A stretch of 53,436 bases of DNA from an uncultured Streptococcus sp. GTDB lineage: Bacteria > Bacillota > Bacilli > Lactobacillales > Aerococcaceae. How positions within the stretch are numbered: position 1 is the stretch's first letter; the number at the start of each line of letters is the position of its first letter. This document shows positions 29,938 to 40,739 of this stretch, piece by piece. The stretch lies in NCBI GenBank assembly GCA_963515505.1, contig CAUPXN010000001.1, positions 1-53,436 of the forward strand, read 5' to 3'. A program made the position numbers and the translations under genes. Below the pieces are notes generated by a model, which searched no databases, was not told the DNA's origin, and was given only the letters and a program-made list of their open reading frames with translations.

Positions 29938-30630
29938 ATGAAAATTTTAGTAGTAGATGATGATCGCGAAATCGTTGAGTTATTGACGATTTACTTAAAG
30001 AACGAAAATTATGAAATTGTAAAAGCCTATGACGGGAAACAAGCTCTTGAAAAATTAAAAATGTATCCAGATATCGATATGATTATTTTGGACATTATGA
30101 TGCCACGCTTAGACGGAATCTCAGTGGTGCATGAAGTGCGTAAAGAAAATGCACAATTGCCAATTCTATTATTAAGCGCGAAATCAACAGATATAGATAA
30201 AATTCAAGGCTTAACAAATGGTGCCGACGACTACGTGACAAAACCATTTAACCCACTTGAAGTCATTGCGCGTGTGAAATCATTATTACGTCGCTCAACG
30301 ATTACACAAGAAGGCCCAGCTAACGAAGAAATTACAATCGGACCTTTAACAATCAAGAAAGAATCTCACCAAGTGACAACAACAGATGGCACTGAAATTC
30401 AATTAACAGTATTAGAATTCGGAATTCTATACTTGCTTGCAAGCCATCCAAACCGCGTATTTAGTGCAGATGAAATCTTCGAAACGGTATGGCAACAAGA
30501 AAGTATCGTTTCAACAAAAACAGTAATGGTACACGTAAGCCACCTTCGCGACAAGATTGCCGAAGCGACTGGCGGAGAAAAAGTTATTGAAACAGTATGG
30601 GGAGTAGGCTACAAGATTGAAGACAAATAA
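29938..30630 (+). CDS. croR: OmpR-family response regulator, CroR-like
   Basis: LEFGILYLLASHPNRVFSADEIF, KTVMVHVSHLRDKI.EATGGEKVI.TVWGVGYKI resemble enterococcal CroR as I recall it. Confidence 0.8.
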   Translation: MKILVVDDDREIVELLTIYLKNENYEIVKAYDGKQALEKLKMYPDIDMIILDIMMPRLDGISVVHEVRKENAQLPILLLSAKSTDIDKIQGLTNGADDYVTKPFNPLEVIARVKSLLRRSTITQEGPANEEITIGPLTIKKESHQVTTTDGTEIQLTVLEFGILYLLASHPNRVFSADEIFETVWQQESIVSTKTVMVHVSHLRDKIAEATGGEKVIETVWGVGYKIEDK

Positions 30631-31825
30631 TAAAAAAGTTCTTCACCTTCGAAAAGTCAAAAACGAACCGACACTCTTAACACTTACGCCAAAGGAAATC
30701 AGCGAACTCGTACTAGAAGGAATCGTGACGCTCTGTATTGTATTCCTCTTGTATTTAGGAATTCTCGTGATGGTCAGCCAACTCATTAACGAGCCAGGGT
30801 TCATTTCGGTGGAATTCTCTGCTCGTGAAGTATGGCATATCGAGCGCGAACAAATTGCGTTCTACAAAAATATCTTTACGATTACATCGGTCGTTTTTGC
30901 AGTGGCATTTACTTACTGGCGCTTGATGCGAAGATACCAACAAATGCAGTTAAACCATATTTTGGAGGAGTTGCATTTAATCGCGGACGGACAGTATGAC
31001 CGACGCATTCCGTTCCGTTTATCCGGAGACATGGGGCAAGTCGTAAACTCGATTAACCGCTTGGTCGATTCAACCGTGAATGCGCTAGAGGATGAACGTG
31101 CGATTGAGAAATCGAAGGACGAACTGATTACCAATGTATCGCACGATATTCGTACACCGCTGACATCGATTCTTGGGTATCTTGGACTGATTGTGAATCA
31201 ACCCAATGTCGAGAGTGCCGATGCGAAGCGTTATGCGGAAATCGCCTATTCGAAGGCGGAACAAATGAAATTACTCGTAGACGACTTATTCGAATATACG
31301 ACAACTCGTCCAAACGGAGCACCGCTTAGACTCAATGATATTCCAATCGTGAATTTCTTAGAGCAAGTAGCAGCGGACTTCGAGCTCGAAGCGCAAAAAC
31401 GCAAAATGGCGATTGAAGTCTTGCCGAATAACCGTGATGTCGTTCTTGAACTCGATGCCGAGAAAATGGTGCGTGTGATTAATAATCTGTTATCAAATGC
31501 GATTAAATACGGGCATGAAGATTCTGTCATCACGATGGAAGTCTTAAAAAACGATGGTGTCATTACGATTGCCGTTCGAAATGCCGGAGATCCAATCCCG
31601 AAAGAAGTATTGGAACAACTCTTTGCACGTTTCTACCGCGCAGAAGCATCCCGTTCCAAAGAAACTGGTGGAACAGGACTTGGTCTGGCGATTGCCGAAA
31701 ACATCGTACAGTCGCATGGCGGGATGATGTATGCTGAATCTGAAAACGGACAAACAAGCTTCTATGTATGCTTGCCGGAAGAAAATCAAGGTTCACTCAA
31801 ACAATTTAAAGAAAAACTCAAATAA
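30617..31825 (+). CDS. croS: Sensor histidine kinase, CroS-like
   Basis: Two TMs, HAMP, EKSKDELITNVSHDIRTPLTSI, GGTGLGL. Confidence 0.78.
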   Translation: MKTNNKKVLHLRKVKNEPTLLTLTPKEISELVLEGIVTLCIVFLLYLGILVMVSQLINEPGFISVEFSAREVWHIEREQIAFYKNIFTITSVVFAVAFTYWRLMRRYQQMQLNHILEELHLIADGQYDRRIPFRLSGDMGQVVNSINRLVDSTVNALEDERAIEKSKDELITNVSHDIRTPLTSILGYLGLIVNQPNVESADAKRYAEIAYSKAEQMKLLVDDLFEYTTTRPNGAPLRLNDIPIVNFLEQVAADFELEAQKRKMAIEVLPNNRDVVLELDAEKMVRVINNLLSNAIKYGHEDSVITMEVLKNDGVITIAVRNAGDPIPKEVLEQLFARFYRAEASRSKETGGTGLGLAIAENIVQSHGGMMYAESENGQTSFYVCLPEENQGSLKQFKEKLK

Positions 31826-31913
31826 CCAGCAGAAATGCTTTCTGCTGGTTATTTTTATTCGCAAAAAGACCCTAGAGTTGATACTATGGAAGGGACGTAA
31901 TGGAGGGAAAAAT

Positions 31914-32678
31914 ATGAAATTAGCAACGTGGAACGTGAACGGAATTCGTTCGGTATTAAATAAAGGTGCTCTACAAGAGTATGTATTAGAAAGTAATCCA
32001 GATATTTTATGCCTACAAGAAACAAAGGCGCAACAAGAACAAGTGGAACTCGGGATGGAGTTTAGCGAGTATGATGTGTATTTCAACTCGGCTGTGAAAA
32101 AAGGCTATTCTGGAACGGCCATCTTCACCAAAGTAAAACCATTATCGGTGACTTATGGCATCGGCATTGAAGAACATGATCAAGAGGGACGTGTGATTAC
32201 TGCTGAATTCGAGAAATTCTACTTAGTAACCGTCTATACACCAAATGCGAAGCGCGACTTATCACGTCTTGCATATCGCCAAGTATGGGAAGATGATTTT
32301 CTCGCATACATCAAGAAACTAGAAGAGACAAAACCAGTCATTTTCTGCGGCGACTTGAACGTAGCCCATAAGGAAATCGATTTGGCCAATCCAAAAACGA
32401 ATGTCAATAATGCCGGATTCACCAAAGAAGAACGCGCGAAATTCGACCAAGTTGTCGCAAGTGGCTTAGTGGATGCGTTCCGCTACTTACATCCTGACAC
32501 AGTTGGGGCGTATAGCTGGTGGAGCTACATGGGTGGTGCTCGTGTACGAAATATCGGATGGAGAATTGACTATTTTGTCGTGTCCAAATCTCTCGCGCCG
32601 CTTCTCAAAGAAGTCGACATTCGTAGCGATGTCACAGGAAGCGACCACTGTCCGGTAGAAATCGAAGTGAAACTATAA
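31914..32678 (+). CDS. exoA: Exodeoxyribonuclease III / AP endonuclease
   Basis: TWNVNGIR, CLQETK, GDLNVAH, GWRIDYF, SDHCP. Confidence 0.95.
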   Translation: MKLATWNVNGIRSVLNKGALQEYVLESNPDILCLQETKAQQEQVELGMEFSEYDVYFNSAVKKGYSGTAIFTKVKPLSVTYGIGIEEHDQEGRVITAEFEKFYLVTVYTPNAKRDLSRLAYRQVWEDDFLAYIKKLEETKPVIFCGDLNVAHKEIDLANPKTNVNNAGFTKEERAKFDQVVASGLVDAFRYLHPDTVGAYSWWSYMGGARVRNIGWRIDYFVVSKSLAPLLKEVDIRSDVTGSDHCPVEIEVKL

Positions 32679-32691
32679 GAACATTTGTTCG
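32678..32691. promoter_or_regulatory. LexA (SOS/Cheo) box upstream of uvrA
   Basis: AGAAC-ATTT-GTTCG matches Firmicutes GAAC-N4-GTTC. Confidence 0.85.
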
Positions 32692-32743
32692 TGTGCAGAA
32701 AGTCTGATACAATAGAGGTATCGATTAAAAAAGAGGTATAGAA

Positions 32744-35587
32744 ATGGCAAAAGACCATATTTTCGTGCATGGTGCACGATCTCATAATTTAAAAAATATT
32801 GATGTGAGCATTCCTCGTGACAAGTTTGTCGTGATTACAGGACTATCAGGGTCAGGGAAGAGTTCGCTTGCGTTTGATACATTATACGCAGAAGGGCAAC
32901 GTCGTTATGTAGAGAGTCTATCTGCATACGCACGTCAATTTTTAGGGCAAATGGACAAACCAGACGTGGATAGTATCGACGGTTTGAGTCCAGCAATTGC
33001 CATTGATCAAAAAACAACGTCCCGTAATCCGCGTTCAACGGTTGGAACGGTGACGGAGATTAATGACTATTTACGTTTATTATATGCGCGTGTGGGAAAA
33101 CCTATCTGTCCAAATGACGGCACACCGATTGAAAGCCAGTCCTTGGAACAAATGGTAAACCGCGTCATGGCGATGCCAGAGAAGACTAAGATTCAAGTAT
33201 TGGCGCCGGTTGTCGTTCAGAAGAAAGGCGAGCATAAGAAAGTCTTCGAGAAGATTCAAAAAGACGGCTATGTGCGTGTACGCGTGGATGGCGAGATGCA
33301 TGAAGTCACAGAAGAATTCAATCTCGAGAAGAACAAGAAGCATAATATTGAAATCGTCGTAGACCGTATCGTAGTGAATGATAAGAGTCGTTCCCGTCTA
33401 TTCGATTCGATTGAAGCGGCTCTTCGTTTAGCGGAAGGCTATGCGATTGTCGATGTGATTGGTGGAGAAGAACATCTCTTCAGCGAACACCATTCATGTC
33501 CGATTTGTGGATTTACGGTGGGCGAATTAGAGCCACGTCTCTTTTCATTCAATGCGCCGTTTGGAGCGTGTCCGGAGTGTGATGGTTTAGGGTCGAAGCT
33601 TGAAGTCGACTTAGATTTAATCGTTCCTGATAAGAATTTAACGCTGGAAGAAGGAGCGCTTGTTCCTTGGAATCCAATTAGTTCGAACTATTATCCAACG
33701 ATGCTGGAACAATTTTGTAAACAGTTCAAGATTCCGATGAATATTCCATTCGAGAAATTGACGCAGTCGCAGAAGAATATGGTGTTATACGGGTCGGGAG
33801 ACGCGACCTTTAAGTTCCATTATGAAAATGAATTTGGTGGCGTTCGTGACGTGGAAATTCCTTTTGAAGGAGTAGCCGTCAACGTAGAGCGCCGTTACCG
33901 TGAAACGAATAGCGATTTTACGCGTGAACAAATGCGCCAATATATGAACGAATCAGAATGTAAGAAGTGTCATGGATTCCGTTTAAATGAACAGGCGTTG
34001 TCTGTCAAAGTCGGAGGCAAAAACATTAGTGAAGTGTTGACACTCTCTGTAGATGATGAGATTGATTTCTTCAAAGACTTAAACTTATCCGAAACTGATG
34101 AGCAAATCGCAGCTCCAATTTTAAAAGAAGTAAGCTCTCGTTTGAAATTCTTACGCAATGTTGGGTTGCAATATTTAACATTGAGTCGTGCTGCTGGAAC
34201 GTTATCAGGGGGAGAAGCACAACGAATTCGTTTAGCGACGCAAATCGGGTCAAATCTATCTGGCGTGCTCTATATTTTAGACGAGCCATCGATTGGACTT
34301 CACCAACGCGACAATGACCGCTTAATCGAGTCATTGAAGAATATGCGTGACCTTGGAAATACCTTAATTGTCGTAGAACATGACGAAGACACGATGCGTG
34401 CTGCGGACTACTTGATTGATATTGGTCCAGGTGCGGGTGAATTCGGTGGTGAGATTATCGCAGCAGGGACTCCAAAAGAAGTGGAGAAGAATAAGAAATC
34501 ACTGACAGGACAATATTTAGCCGGTAAAAAATATATTCCAGTTCCAAGCGAACGTCGCAGGGAAGATAAGGGCTGGATCCATTTAGAAGGCGCTGCGGAA
34601 AATAACTTACGCGGTATCGATGTGGATGTGCCACTTGGACGTTTTGTGGCCGTGACAGGGGTATCGGGTTCTGGGAAGAGCTCGCTTGTCAACAGCGTAT
34701 TGAAGAAAGCTTTAGCGCGTGAGATTACGCGTACGAAGGAAAAACCAGGGAAGTTCAAGAGCATTTCTGGATTTGAGAGCCTCGATAAGATTATCGATAT
34801 CGACCAAAGCCCAATCGGAAGAACCCCACGAAGCAATCCGGCGACGTATACGGGTGTATTTGACGATATTCGTGATTTATTTGCGACCACAAACGAAGCA
34901 AAAATCCGTGGATACAAGAAAGGTCGCTTCAGTTTCAACGTGAAGGGTGGACGATGCGAGTCTTGTAAGGGGGACGGCATTCTGAAAATCGAGATGCACT
35001 TCCTGCCAGACGTATATGTGCCGTGTGAAGTCTGCCACGGAACGCGTTATAACTCTGAAACGCTTGAAGTGAAATACAAAGGAAAGAGTATCGCGGATAT
35101 TCTTGAATTAACGGTCGAAGAAGCGGTGGAATTTTTCCAAGCCGTACCAAAAATCAAACGTAAATTACAAACGATTAAGGATGTTGGACTCGGCTACGTA
35201 ACCCTTGGCCAATCTGCCACAACGCTCTCTGGAGGAGAAGCGCAACGGATGAAGTTAGCCAGCGAACTCCAACGTGTCTCAACCGGCAATACCTTCTACG
35301 TGCTCGATGAACCAACAACTGGCTTGCATACAGACGATATCGCACGCCTACTTGAAGTGTTGAATCGTTTAGTTGAAGCGGGGAATACCGTGCTTGTCAT
35401 CGAACATAATTTAGATGTGATTAAGACCGCTGACTATATCATTGATATGGGTCCAGAAGGCGGTAGCGGTGGTGGACTTGTGATTGCGACTGGTACACCA
35501 GAAGAAGTGGCGAAAGATAAAAATAGCCATACGGGTCGTTATTTAAAACGTGCCTTAGAAGCAGCCGCATCGCATAAAAAGAAGTAG
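32744..35587 (+). CDS. uvrA: Excinuclease ABC subunit A
   Basis: Two ABC cassettes ([18 protein letters not shown]), zinc fingers, LSGGEAQR twice. Confidence 0.98.
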   Translation: MAKDHIFVHGARSHNLKNIDVSIPRDKFVVITGLSGSGKSSLAFDTLYAEGQRRYVESLSAYARQFLGQMDKPDVDSIDGLSPAIAIDQKTTSRNPRSTVGTVTEINDYLRLLYARVGKPICPNDGTPIESQSLEQMVNRVMAMPEKTKIQVLAPVVVQKKGEHKKVFEKIQKDGYVRVRVDGEMHEVTEEFNLEKNKKHNIEIVVDRIVVNDKSRSRLFDSIEAALRLAEGYAIVDVIGGEEHLFSEHHSCPICGFTVGELEPRLFSFNAPFGACPECDGLGSKLEVDLDLIVPDKNLTLEEGALVPWNPISSNYYPTMLEQFCKQFKIPMNIPFEKLTQSQKNMVLYGSGDATFKFHYENEFGGVRDVEIPFEGVAVNVERRYRETNSDFTREQMRQYMNESECKKCHGFRLNEQALSVKVGGKNISEVLTLSVDDEIDFFKDLNLSETDEQIAAPILKEVSSRLKFLRNVGLQYLTLSRAAGTLSGGEAQRIRLATQIGSNLSGVLYILDEPSIGLHQRDNDRLIESLKNMRDLGNTLIVVEHDEDTMRAADYLIDIGPGAGEFGGEIIAAGTPKEVEKNKKSLTGQYLAGKKYIPVPSERRREDKGWIHLEGAAENNLRGIDVDVPLGRFVAVTGVSGSGKSSLVNSVLKKALAREITRTKEKPGKFKSISGFESLDKIIDIDQSPIGRTPRSNPATYTGVFDDIRDLFATTNEAKIRGYKKGRFSFNVKGGRCESCKGDGILKIEMHFLPDVYVPCEVCHGTRYNSETLEVKYKGKSIADILELTVEEAVEFFQAVPKIKRKLQTIKDVGLGYVTLGQSATTLSGGEAQRMKLASELQRVSTGNTFYVLDEPTTGLHTDDIARLLEVLNRLVEAGNTVLVIEHNLDVIKTADYIIDMGPEGGSGGGLVIATGTPEEVAKDKNSHTGRYLKRALEAAASHKKK

Positions 35588-35665
35588 AAATTTACGAGAA
35601 GAGATAGTTTGAAGAAAGTAGTTATGCTATACTCAACATAGATCATTTCTCAGGGGGAAACTTGA

Positions 35666-36334
35666 ATGAACATGAAAGAATTAGTCGGCAAGAAAGCCGC
35701 AGAATATGTAGAAAGTGGAATGACGGTTGGTCTAGGAACGGGTTCGACAGCCTACTATTTTGTAGAAGAAATCGGTCGTCGCGTGAAAGAAGAAGGTTTT
35801 GAAATCGTGGGAGTAACGACTTCTTTAGCAACGAAGAAACAAGCAGAATCGCTTGGAATTCCGTTGAAGAGCGTGGATGAAGTGGATTATATCGACGTAA
35901 CGATTGACGGCGCAGACGAAATTGCTCCAGATTTTTCAGGAATCAAAGGGGGCGGCGGTGCGTTATTATTCGAAAAAATCGTTGCCGAACAATCAAAAAG
36001 TGTTATCTGGATTGTAGACGAATCAAAAATGGTCGACTACTTAGGTCGTTTCCCATTACCAGTGGAAGTGGTGCCGTACGGATCAGAACAATTATTTAAA
36101 CGTTTTGAAGCGCTAGGATACAAACCAACTTTCCGCGAACGCGACGGAGAACGCTACTTAACCGATAGCAAAAACTACATTATCGACTTGGATGTCTATC
36201 CAATTAAAGACCCAATCGCATTTGGAGAAAAAATCAAAGGCATGACAGGCGTGGTAGAGCAAGGTCTCTTCACAAACATGACAGATATCGTGCTTGTAGG
36301 AACTCCTGATGGGGTTGTCGTAAAACAATTCTAA
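35666..36334 (+). CDS. rpiA: Ribose-5-phosphate isomerase A
   Basis: [28 protein letters not shown]. Confidence 0.97.
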   Translation: MNMKELVGKKAAEYVESGMTVGLGTGSTAYYFVEEIGRRVKEEGFEIVGVTTSLATKKQAESLGIPLKSVDEVDYIDVTIDGADEIAPDFSGIKGGGGALLFEKIVAEQSKSVIWIVDESKMVDYLGRFPLPVEVVPYGSEQLFKRFEALGYKPTFRERDGERYLTDSKNYIIDLDVYPIKDPIAFGEKIKGMTGVVEQGLFTNMTDIVLVGTPDGVVVKQF

Positions 36335-36339
36335 AAATT

Positions 36340-36383
36340 AACCGCTTAGAGTCAGCATGGATGTGCGATTCTAAGCGGTTTTT
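36340..36383. terminator. Terminator between convergent rpiA and KilA-N gene
   Basis: AACCGCTTAGAGTC...GATTCTAAGCGGTT + T run. Confidence 0.75.
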
Positions 36384-36384
36384 G

Positions 36385-37227
36385 TTATTCTAATTGGTAA
36401 TTTGAATGAGAAATAGAACTCCATTGGTTTAATGAAAGTAGTTGTCTTCGAGCAGCTGTTCTAAGTTCAATTAGTCTATTTTTTTGAGAAATACCATTAC
36501 GAATTAAAATCGAATTATAACTTTCCATATTTGAAAGAACCAGAAGTTCATTGAGATTCGCATAGTCTCTCATATTTCCTTTCAATGTAGGATTCTTTTC
36601 TTTCCATTGTTTAGCAGTTTGATTAAATAAAGCTACATTTAATAAATCACTTTCTGTTGCATATTGTTGTGAAAGTTGTTCAGGTGTTAAATCTTGAGTA
36701 ATAGTGTCTTTTATTGCTTCAGTATGAAGTTTATAATTTAATTTAGCTATTTCTCGATAAAGATTCCATTCTAAAGATTGTTGGTTATGCTCGTTAGCTT
36801 TGAGACGTTTATAATCTTTAACAATATAAAGTTTGAATTCGGGAGAAATCCATGAGGCAAATTCCATGGCGATATCATAATGAGCATACGTACCACCGTA
36901 TTTTCCAGATTTTGAAAAAATTCCAGTTGCATTTGTCAATTGTACCCATTTTTGTGGAGTCATTGTGAAACGATTAAGACCAGACTCTTGTCTAACCGTG
37001 TCGAATTGCACACGGTTAAAATCTTTATTATTTAAAATCTCCCATAGGCCTATATATTCAAGTGTGTTTCGGTTCCTTAGCCAGTTTTGAATGATAAATC
37101 TTGGTTCATCAGAATTTTTGTATTTTGCAAGATCTGTTAGACAAATATAATCATCTTCTGAATCACTAGAAATAATTCTAATACCGATTCCTTTAGCATT
37201 AATATTGTGTTTGATTTCTTTTACCAT
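36385..37227 (-). CDS. KilA-N domain DNA-binding protein
   Basis: DYICLTDLAK, IQNWLRN, GKYGGTYAH.DIA.EFASWISPEF motifs; AT-rich relative to neighbours. Confidence 0.85.
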   Translation of the reverse strand: MVKEIKHNINAKGIGIRIISSDSEDDYICLTDLAKYKNSDEPRFIIQNWLRNRNTLEYIGLWEILNNKDFNRVQFDTVRQESGLNRFTMTPQKWVQLTNATGIFSKSGKYGGTYAHYDIAMEFASWISPEFKLYIVKDYKRLKANEHNQQSLEWNLYREIAKLNYKLHTEAIKDTITQDLTPEQLSQQYATESDLLNVALFNQTAKQWKEKNPTLKGNMRDYANLNELLVLSNMESYNSILIRNGISQKNRLIELRTAARRQLLSLNQWSSISHSNYQLE

Positions 37228-37345
37228 ATTTTCCCCTCCTATTTTGAGATACGACAAAAAAAGGAGAGCATTTCAATTTGTGTTCGAATATCAAGGCGGA
37301 GTGTGCTATACTAGTAAAGATTTAGTATTGAAAGGATCTGATGAA

Positions 37346-38332
37346 ATGTCATCATTCATGGAAAAAAGAAAAGGATTGTTGTGTACATTTGCTATAGCGG
37401 TTGTCTCAGTGATGCTGGATAAGCTATTCCCAGTCATTGGGAGTGCGGTATTTGCTATTATTTTAGGGATGGTCTTGAACCAATTTTGGAAAATTCCAAG
37501 TGATTTTAGACCGGGGATCAATTATTCAGCGAAAAAATTATTACATTACTCCATTATCGCACTAGGATTTACAATGTCGTTTGCGCAGGTGAGCCAAACA
37601 GGTGCATCATCGTTCCCAGTGACGATTGTGACCATCTCTGTAGCGTTTTTAACAGCGCTACTTGTAGGAAATTTCTTCAAATTGTCTCGTCCACTGAAGA
37701 TTCTTGTTGGTTTCGGGACTGCGATTTGCGGGGGATCTGCGATTGCGGCAGCTTCACCGATTATTAGAGCAGAAGATGATGAAGTCGCGTTGTCAATTTC
37801 AACCATTTTCCTATTCAACGTCATCGCGGTATTCCTATTCCCATTCTTAGGACATATGATGGGCATGGACGCGTCGCAATTCGGACTTTTCGCAGGGACA
37901 GCGATTAACGATACATCAAGCGTGGTTGCAGCCGGCGCAAGTTACAGTGCAGAAGCGTTAGAAATCGCGACAATCGTGAAACTTACTCGTGCGTTGATGA
38001 TTGTTCCAGCCTGTCTCGTATTATCATTTGTCGAAGCACGTCGCATGAAACAAGAAGGACAAAGCGTTCAATGGAAGAATATCGTGCCAATGTTTATCAT
38101 TTGGTTCATGGTCGCTTCCATCATTACAAGTGTGGGATTATTCCCAAATTCCCTTGTACCGTATGCAAAATTAGCATCTAACTGGTTGATGGCGATGGCA
38201 TTAGCAGGTATCGGTATGCAAGTATCCTTCCAACAATTCAAAGAAGCAGGGGCAAAACCAATCTTAACCGGTTTAGCTACTTGGTTTATGGTGGCTGTCT
38301 CTAGCTTGATTATGCAGTACTTCGTTTTATAG
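37346..38332 (+). CDS. YeiH/UPF0324 family membrane protein (putative sulfate exporter)
   Basis: GTAICGGSAIAA, GTAINDTSSVVAAG, ATIVKLTR. Confidence 0.9.
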   Translation: MSSFMEKRKGLLCTFAIAVVSVMLDKLFPVIGSAVFAIILGMVLNQFWKIPSDFRPGINYSAKKLLHYSIIALGFTMSFAQVSQTGASSFPVTIVTISVAFLTALLVGNFFKLSRPLKILVGFGTAICGGSAIAAASPIIRAEDDEVALSISTIFLFNVIAVFLFPFLGHMMGMDASQFGLFAGTAINDTSSVVAAGASYSAEALEIATIVKLTRALMIVPACLVLSFVEARRMKQEGQSVQWKNIVPMFIIWFMVASIITSVGLFPNSLVPYAKLASNWLMAMALAGIGMQVSFQQFKEAGAKPILTGLATWFMVAVSSLIMQYFVL

Positions 38333-38344
38333 AAAGGACATCTC

Positions 38345-38536
38345 ATGAAAAGATTATTAGGACTCGGGTTCTGGATTAGCGCCTTGTACTTTGTCTTATA
38401 TACGAAAATTCCAGCGCTACAAGACTTCGTGAATACACCAGTAGGGCCGTATGTGCATGTCGTGATGGTTATTTTACTCATCGTGGGGATTTTCTTCTAC
38501 ATACTGCGCATTATCCATTACTTATTTTTCCCATAG
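38345..38536 (+). CDS. Small two-TM hypothetical protein
   Basis: AAAGGA RBS, two hydrophobic stretches, followed by terminator 38543-38573. Confidence 0.65.
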   Translation: MKRLLGLGFWISALYFVLYTKIPALQDFVNTPVGPYVHVVMVILLIVGIFFYILRIIHYLFFP

Positions 38537-38578
38537 AAATAGAAAAGAGCTTAGGCATTGCCTAAGCTCTTTTTGCTT

Positions 38579-39643
38579 TTAACGTTGTGCAAGATGTTTC
38601 CAATCAATCCCGCGGGCATCACACCAGTTTTGGAGGCTTGGTGCGACCACGATAGGGGCTTGTTGGAGACTAGAAATACTATCCGCACCGACAAGCGTTA
38701 AGATCGTTGTCAGTTGCTCTTTCCATGTTTGAACTGTATGGATGGCGTCTGGAAGGGAGTCATCTTTACGTACGAGATGCAACATTTCACCAGATAATCC
38801 GACAAGGCTGGCTCCAAGCGCGAAGCATTTGACCATGTCCATTGGCGTCTTCACACCGCCGGAAGCGATGATTGGGGTGCGGCTTCCTTGGGCTTCCATG
38901 AGAGACGTCAAGGTCGTTTGTCCCCAGTCTTCTAGGAAATCGAGTTTGTCTTCTTTGCGACGGCCGTTTTCGATTTTAGCGAAATTCGTACCACCAGTAC
39001 CGCTAATATCGATGGCAGCAACTCCGATACTCTCTAGTTGCGCGATGGCTTCACGGCTAAATCCGAATCCGACTTCTTTTACGATAACGGGAACGGCACT
39101 CGCTTTGACGATTTCCTCGATGTTTTTAAGCCAATTGCTAAAGACGCGGTCACCTTCTGGCATCACGAGTTCTTGTGCACGGTTGACGTGAATTTGAATC
39201 GCGTTTGCTTCGATGATATCGACAGCGCGTTTAGCAGCCTCAGCATCGTAATGCGCACCAAGGTTCGCGAAGAGGATTCCATTTGGATTTTCCTGGCGAA
39301 TGACCTTGAAGCTTTCCTTACTTTCAGGAAATTTCATCGCGATACTCATTGAACCTGTCGCCATTGCCATGCCTGTTTCACGAGCCAAGATGGCTAAGCG
39401 CTGGTTTAACGCAGTAGTGAGTGGGCTCCCACCTGTGATGGCGTTGATGAAGAATGGAACGTTGAAGGTGAGTCCGGCAAGCTTGGTCTGCAGTGACACA
39501 TCAGCCACATCAACGGTCGTGAAGGGATGATGCACGAAGCGCGTTTCCACGAACTCGGGAGCGCTCGTTGCACGATATTGCTGGTTCGCATGACCTACGT
39601 GTTCGTCCTTTCGATTCATTTGTTGTTGAAATAAATCCATCAT
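38579..39643 (-). CDS. fni: Type 2 isopentenyl-diphosphate delta-isomerase
   Basis: NRKDEH, NAITGG, QELVMPEGDR, VKEVGFG, GTNFAKIEN; last gene of the mevalonate operon. Confidence 0.95.
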   Translation of the reverse strand: MMDLFQQQMNRKDEHVGHANQQYRATSAPEFVETRFVHHPFTTVDVADVSLQTKLAGLTFNVPFFINAITGGSPLTTALNQRLAILARETGMAMATGSMSIAMKFPESKESFKVIRQENPNGILFANLGAHYDAEAAKRAVDIIEANAIQIHVNRAQELVMPEGDRVFSNWLKNIEEIVKASAVPVIVKEVGFGFSREAIAQLESIGVAAIDISGTGGTNFAKIENGRRKEDKLDFLEDWGQTTLTSLMEAQGSRTPIIASGGVKTPMDMVKCFALGASLVGLSGEMLHLVRKDDSLPDAIHTVQTWKEQLTTILTLVGADSISSLQQAPIVVAPSLQNWCDARGIDWKHLAQR

Positions 39644-39652
39644 TAATCTCCT

Positions 39653-40735
39653 TTACCAGGCTTCAGCGATAGAAAGCGGAAGCACTTGAATTTGAGCCTT
39701 GGCCCATTGAGTTTCAATTTGTTGTCTCTCGGTTTCGTTTTGTGTAAAGCAAATGCCACAGTCGCCACCACCAGCACCGGATGTTTTCGCGCAGGCACCA
39801 TTTTGTTCTGCGAGGTCGCAGAGAGTTTGGAGAGCAGGGGTTTCAATTTCCAGCTGCATCTCTTTTGCAAATTCATTTAAGAGTGCACGGTTGGCACGAA
39901 TGCCTTCTTGTAAGGCTGGGATATCTTGTTGGTTCCAAGCATTTTGTAGGCCTTGAACGATGGCGTGACTCTTTGTAAGAAATTCCTTGTAAAAGGCACT
40001 ATCGGTTTCGACTTTCCGTTTCTTCTCAGTAGCTTGAATGAGTGAATCGGTGATAGCGACTTGTCCTGTCCATCCTACTAAGAGGGTGAAGGTTGGGATT
40101 TCTGGAAGACGTATAATGGTGAGGTCTTTCCAGTCAGCATCACAAATGGCTTTAATCGATTGGCTTTGTAATTGTTCGAGTAAATTGCTTCGATCTGGAC
40201 TTGTGTAATAGACCATTCCTCCAAAAGAAGAGGCGGCGATATCTCCAAAGGATCCACGTTGCGATAAGCGGAGATTCGTTAACACACTCAACTTATAGAC
40301 GAGTAAAGATGTGCGCGGAATCTTGTAAAAATCAAGAACGGCTTGAATCGTTGCGACTACAACGGCACCACTGGAACCCAGTCCGTATTTAATACCACGC
40401 TTAGCGTCATCGAGTTCACTTGTAATCGAAAGCGAGTAGAGGGCATTTGTTAGTTTGCCAGTTTCTCGAACATACTGTTCTGCGACCAGAATCGCTTCTT
40501 CGACTAGTTTATAGGGATGCTCTCCCTTTGCACGGAACAATTCTTCTTCGCGAGTCCATTCCACAACGACGTCTGGATTTTGCGTAGAGGTTAAGGTTCC
40601 TACACTAGTAGCTTCGTCGATTGTGACGGTTAAGTAGCGAGACACTGCCGCAACAATAGCGCCGTGACCCGGTTCGACAACCGCATATTCTCCGGCGATA
40701 AAGAGTTTACCGGGAGCTTTTGAAGTAATCGTCAC
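39653..40735 (-). CDS. mvaK2: Phosphomevalonate kinase
   Basis: APGKLFIAGEYAV, KYGLGSSGAV, KTSGAGGGDCG; likely GTG start. Confidence 0.93.
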   Translation of the reverse strand: MTITSKAPGKLFIAGEYAVVEPGHGAIVAAVSRYLTVTIDEATSVGTLTSTQNPDVVVEWTREEELFRAKGEHPYKLVEEAILVAEQYVRETGKLTNALYSLSITSELDDAKRGIKYGLGSSGAVVVATIQAVLDFYKIPRTSLLVYKLSVLTNLRLSQRGSFGDIAASSFGGMVYYTSPDRSNLLEQLQSQSIKAICDADWKDLTIIRLPEIPTFTLLVGWTGQVAITDSLIQATEKKRKVETDSAFYKEFLTKSHAIVQGLQNAWNQQDIPALQEGIRANRALLNEFAKEMQLEIETPALQTLCDLAEQNGACAKTSGAGGGDCGICFTQNETERQQIETQWAKAQIQVLPLSIAEAW

Positions 40736-40739
40736 GCGC

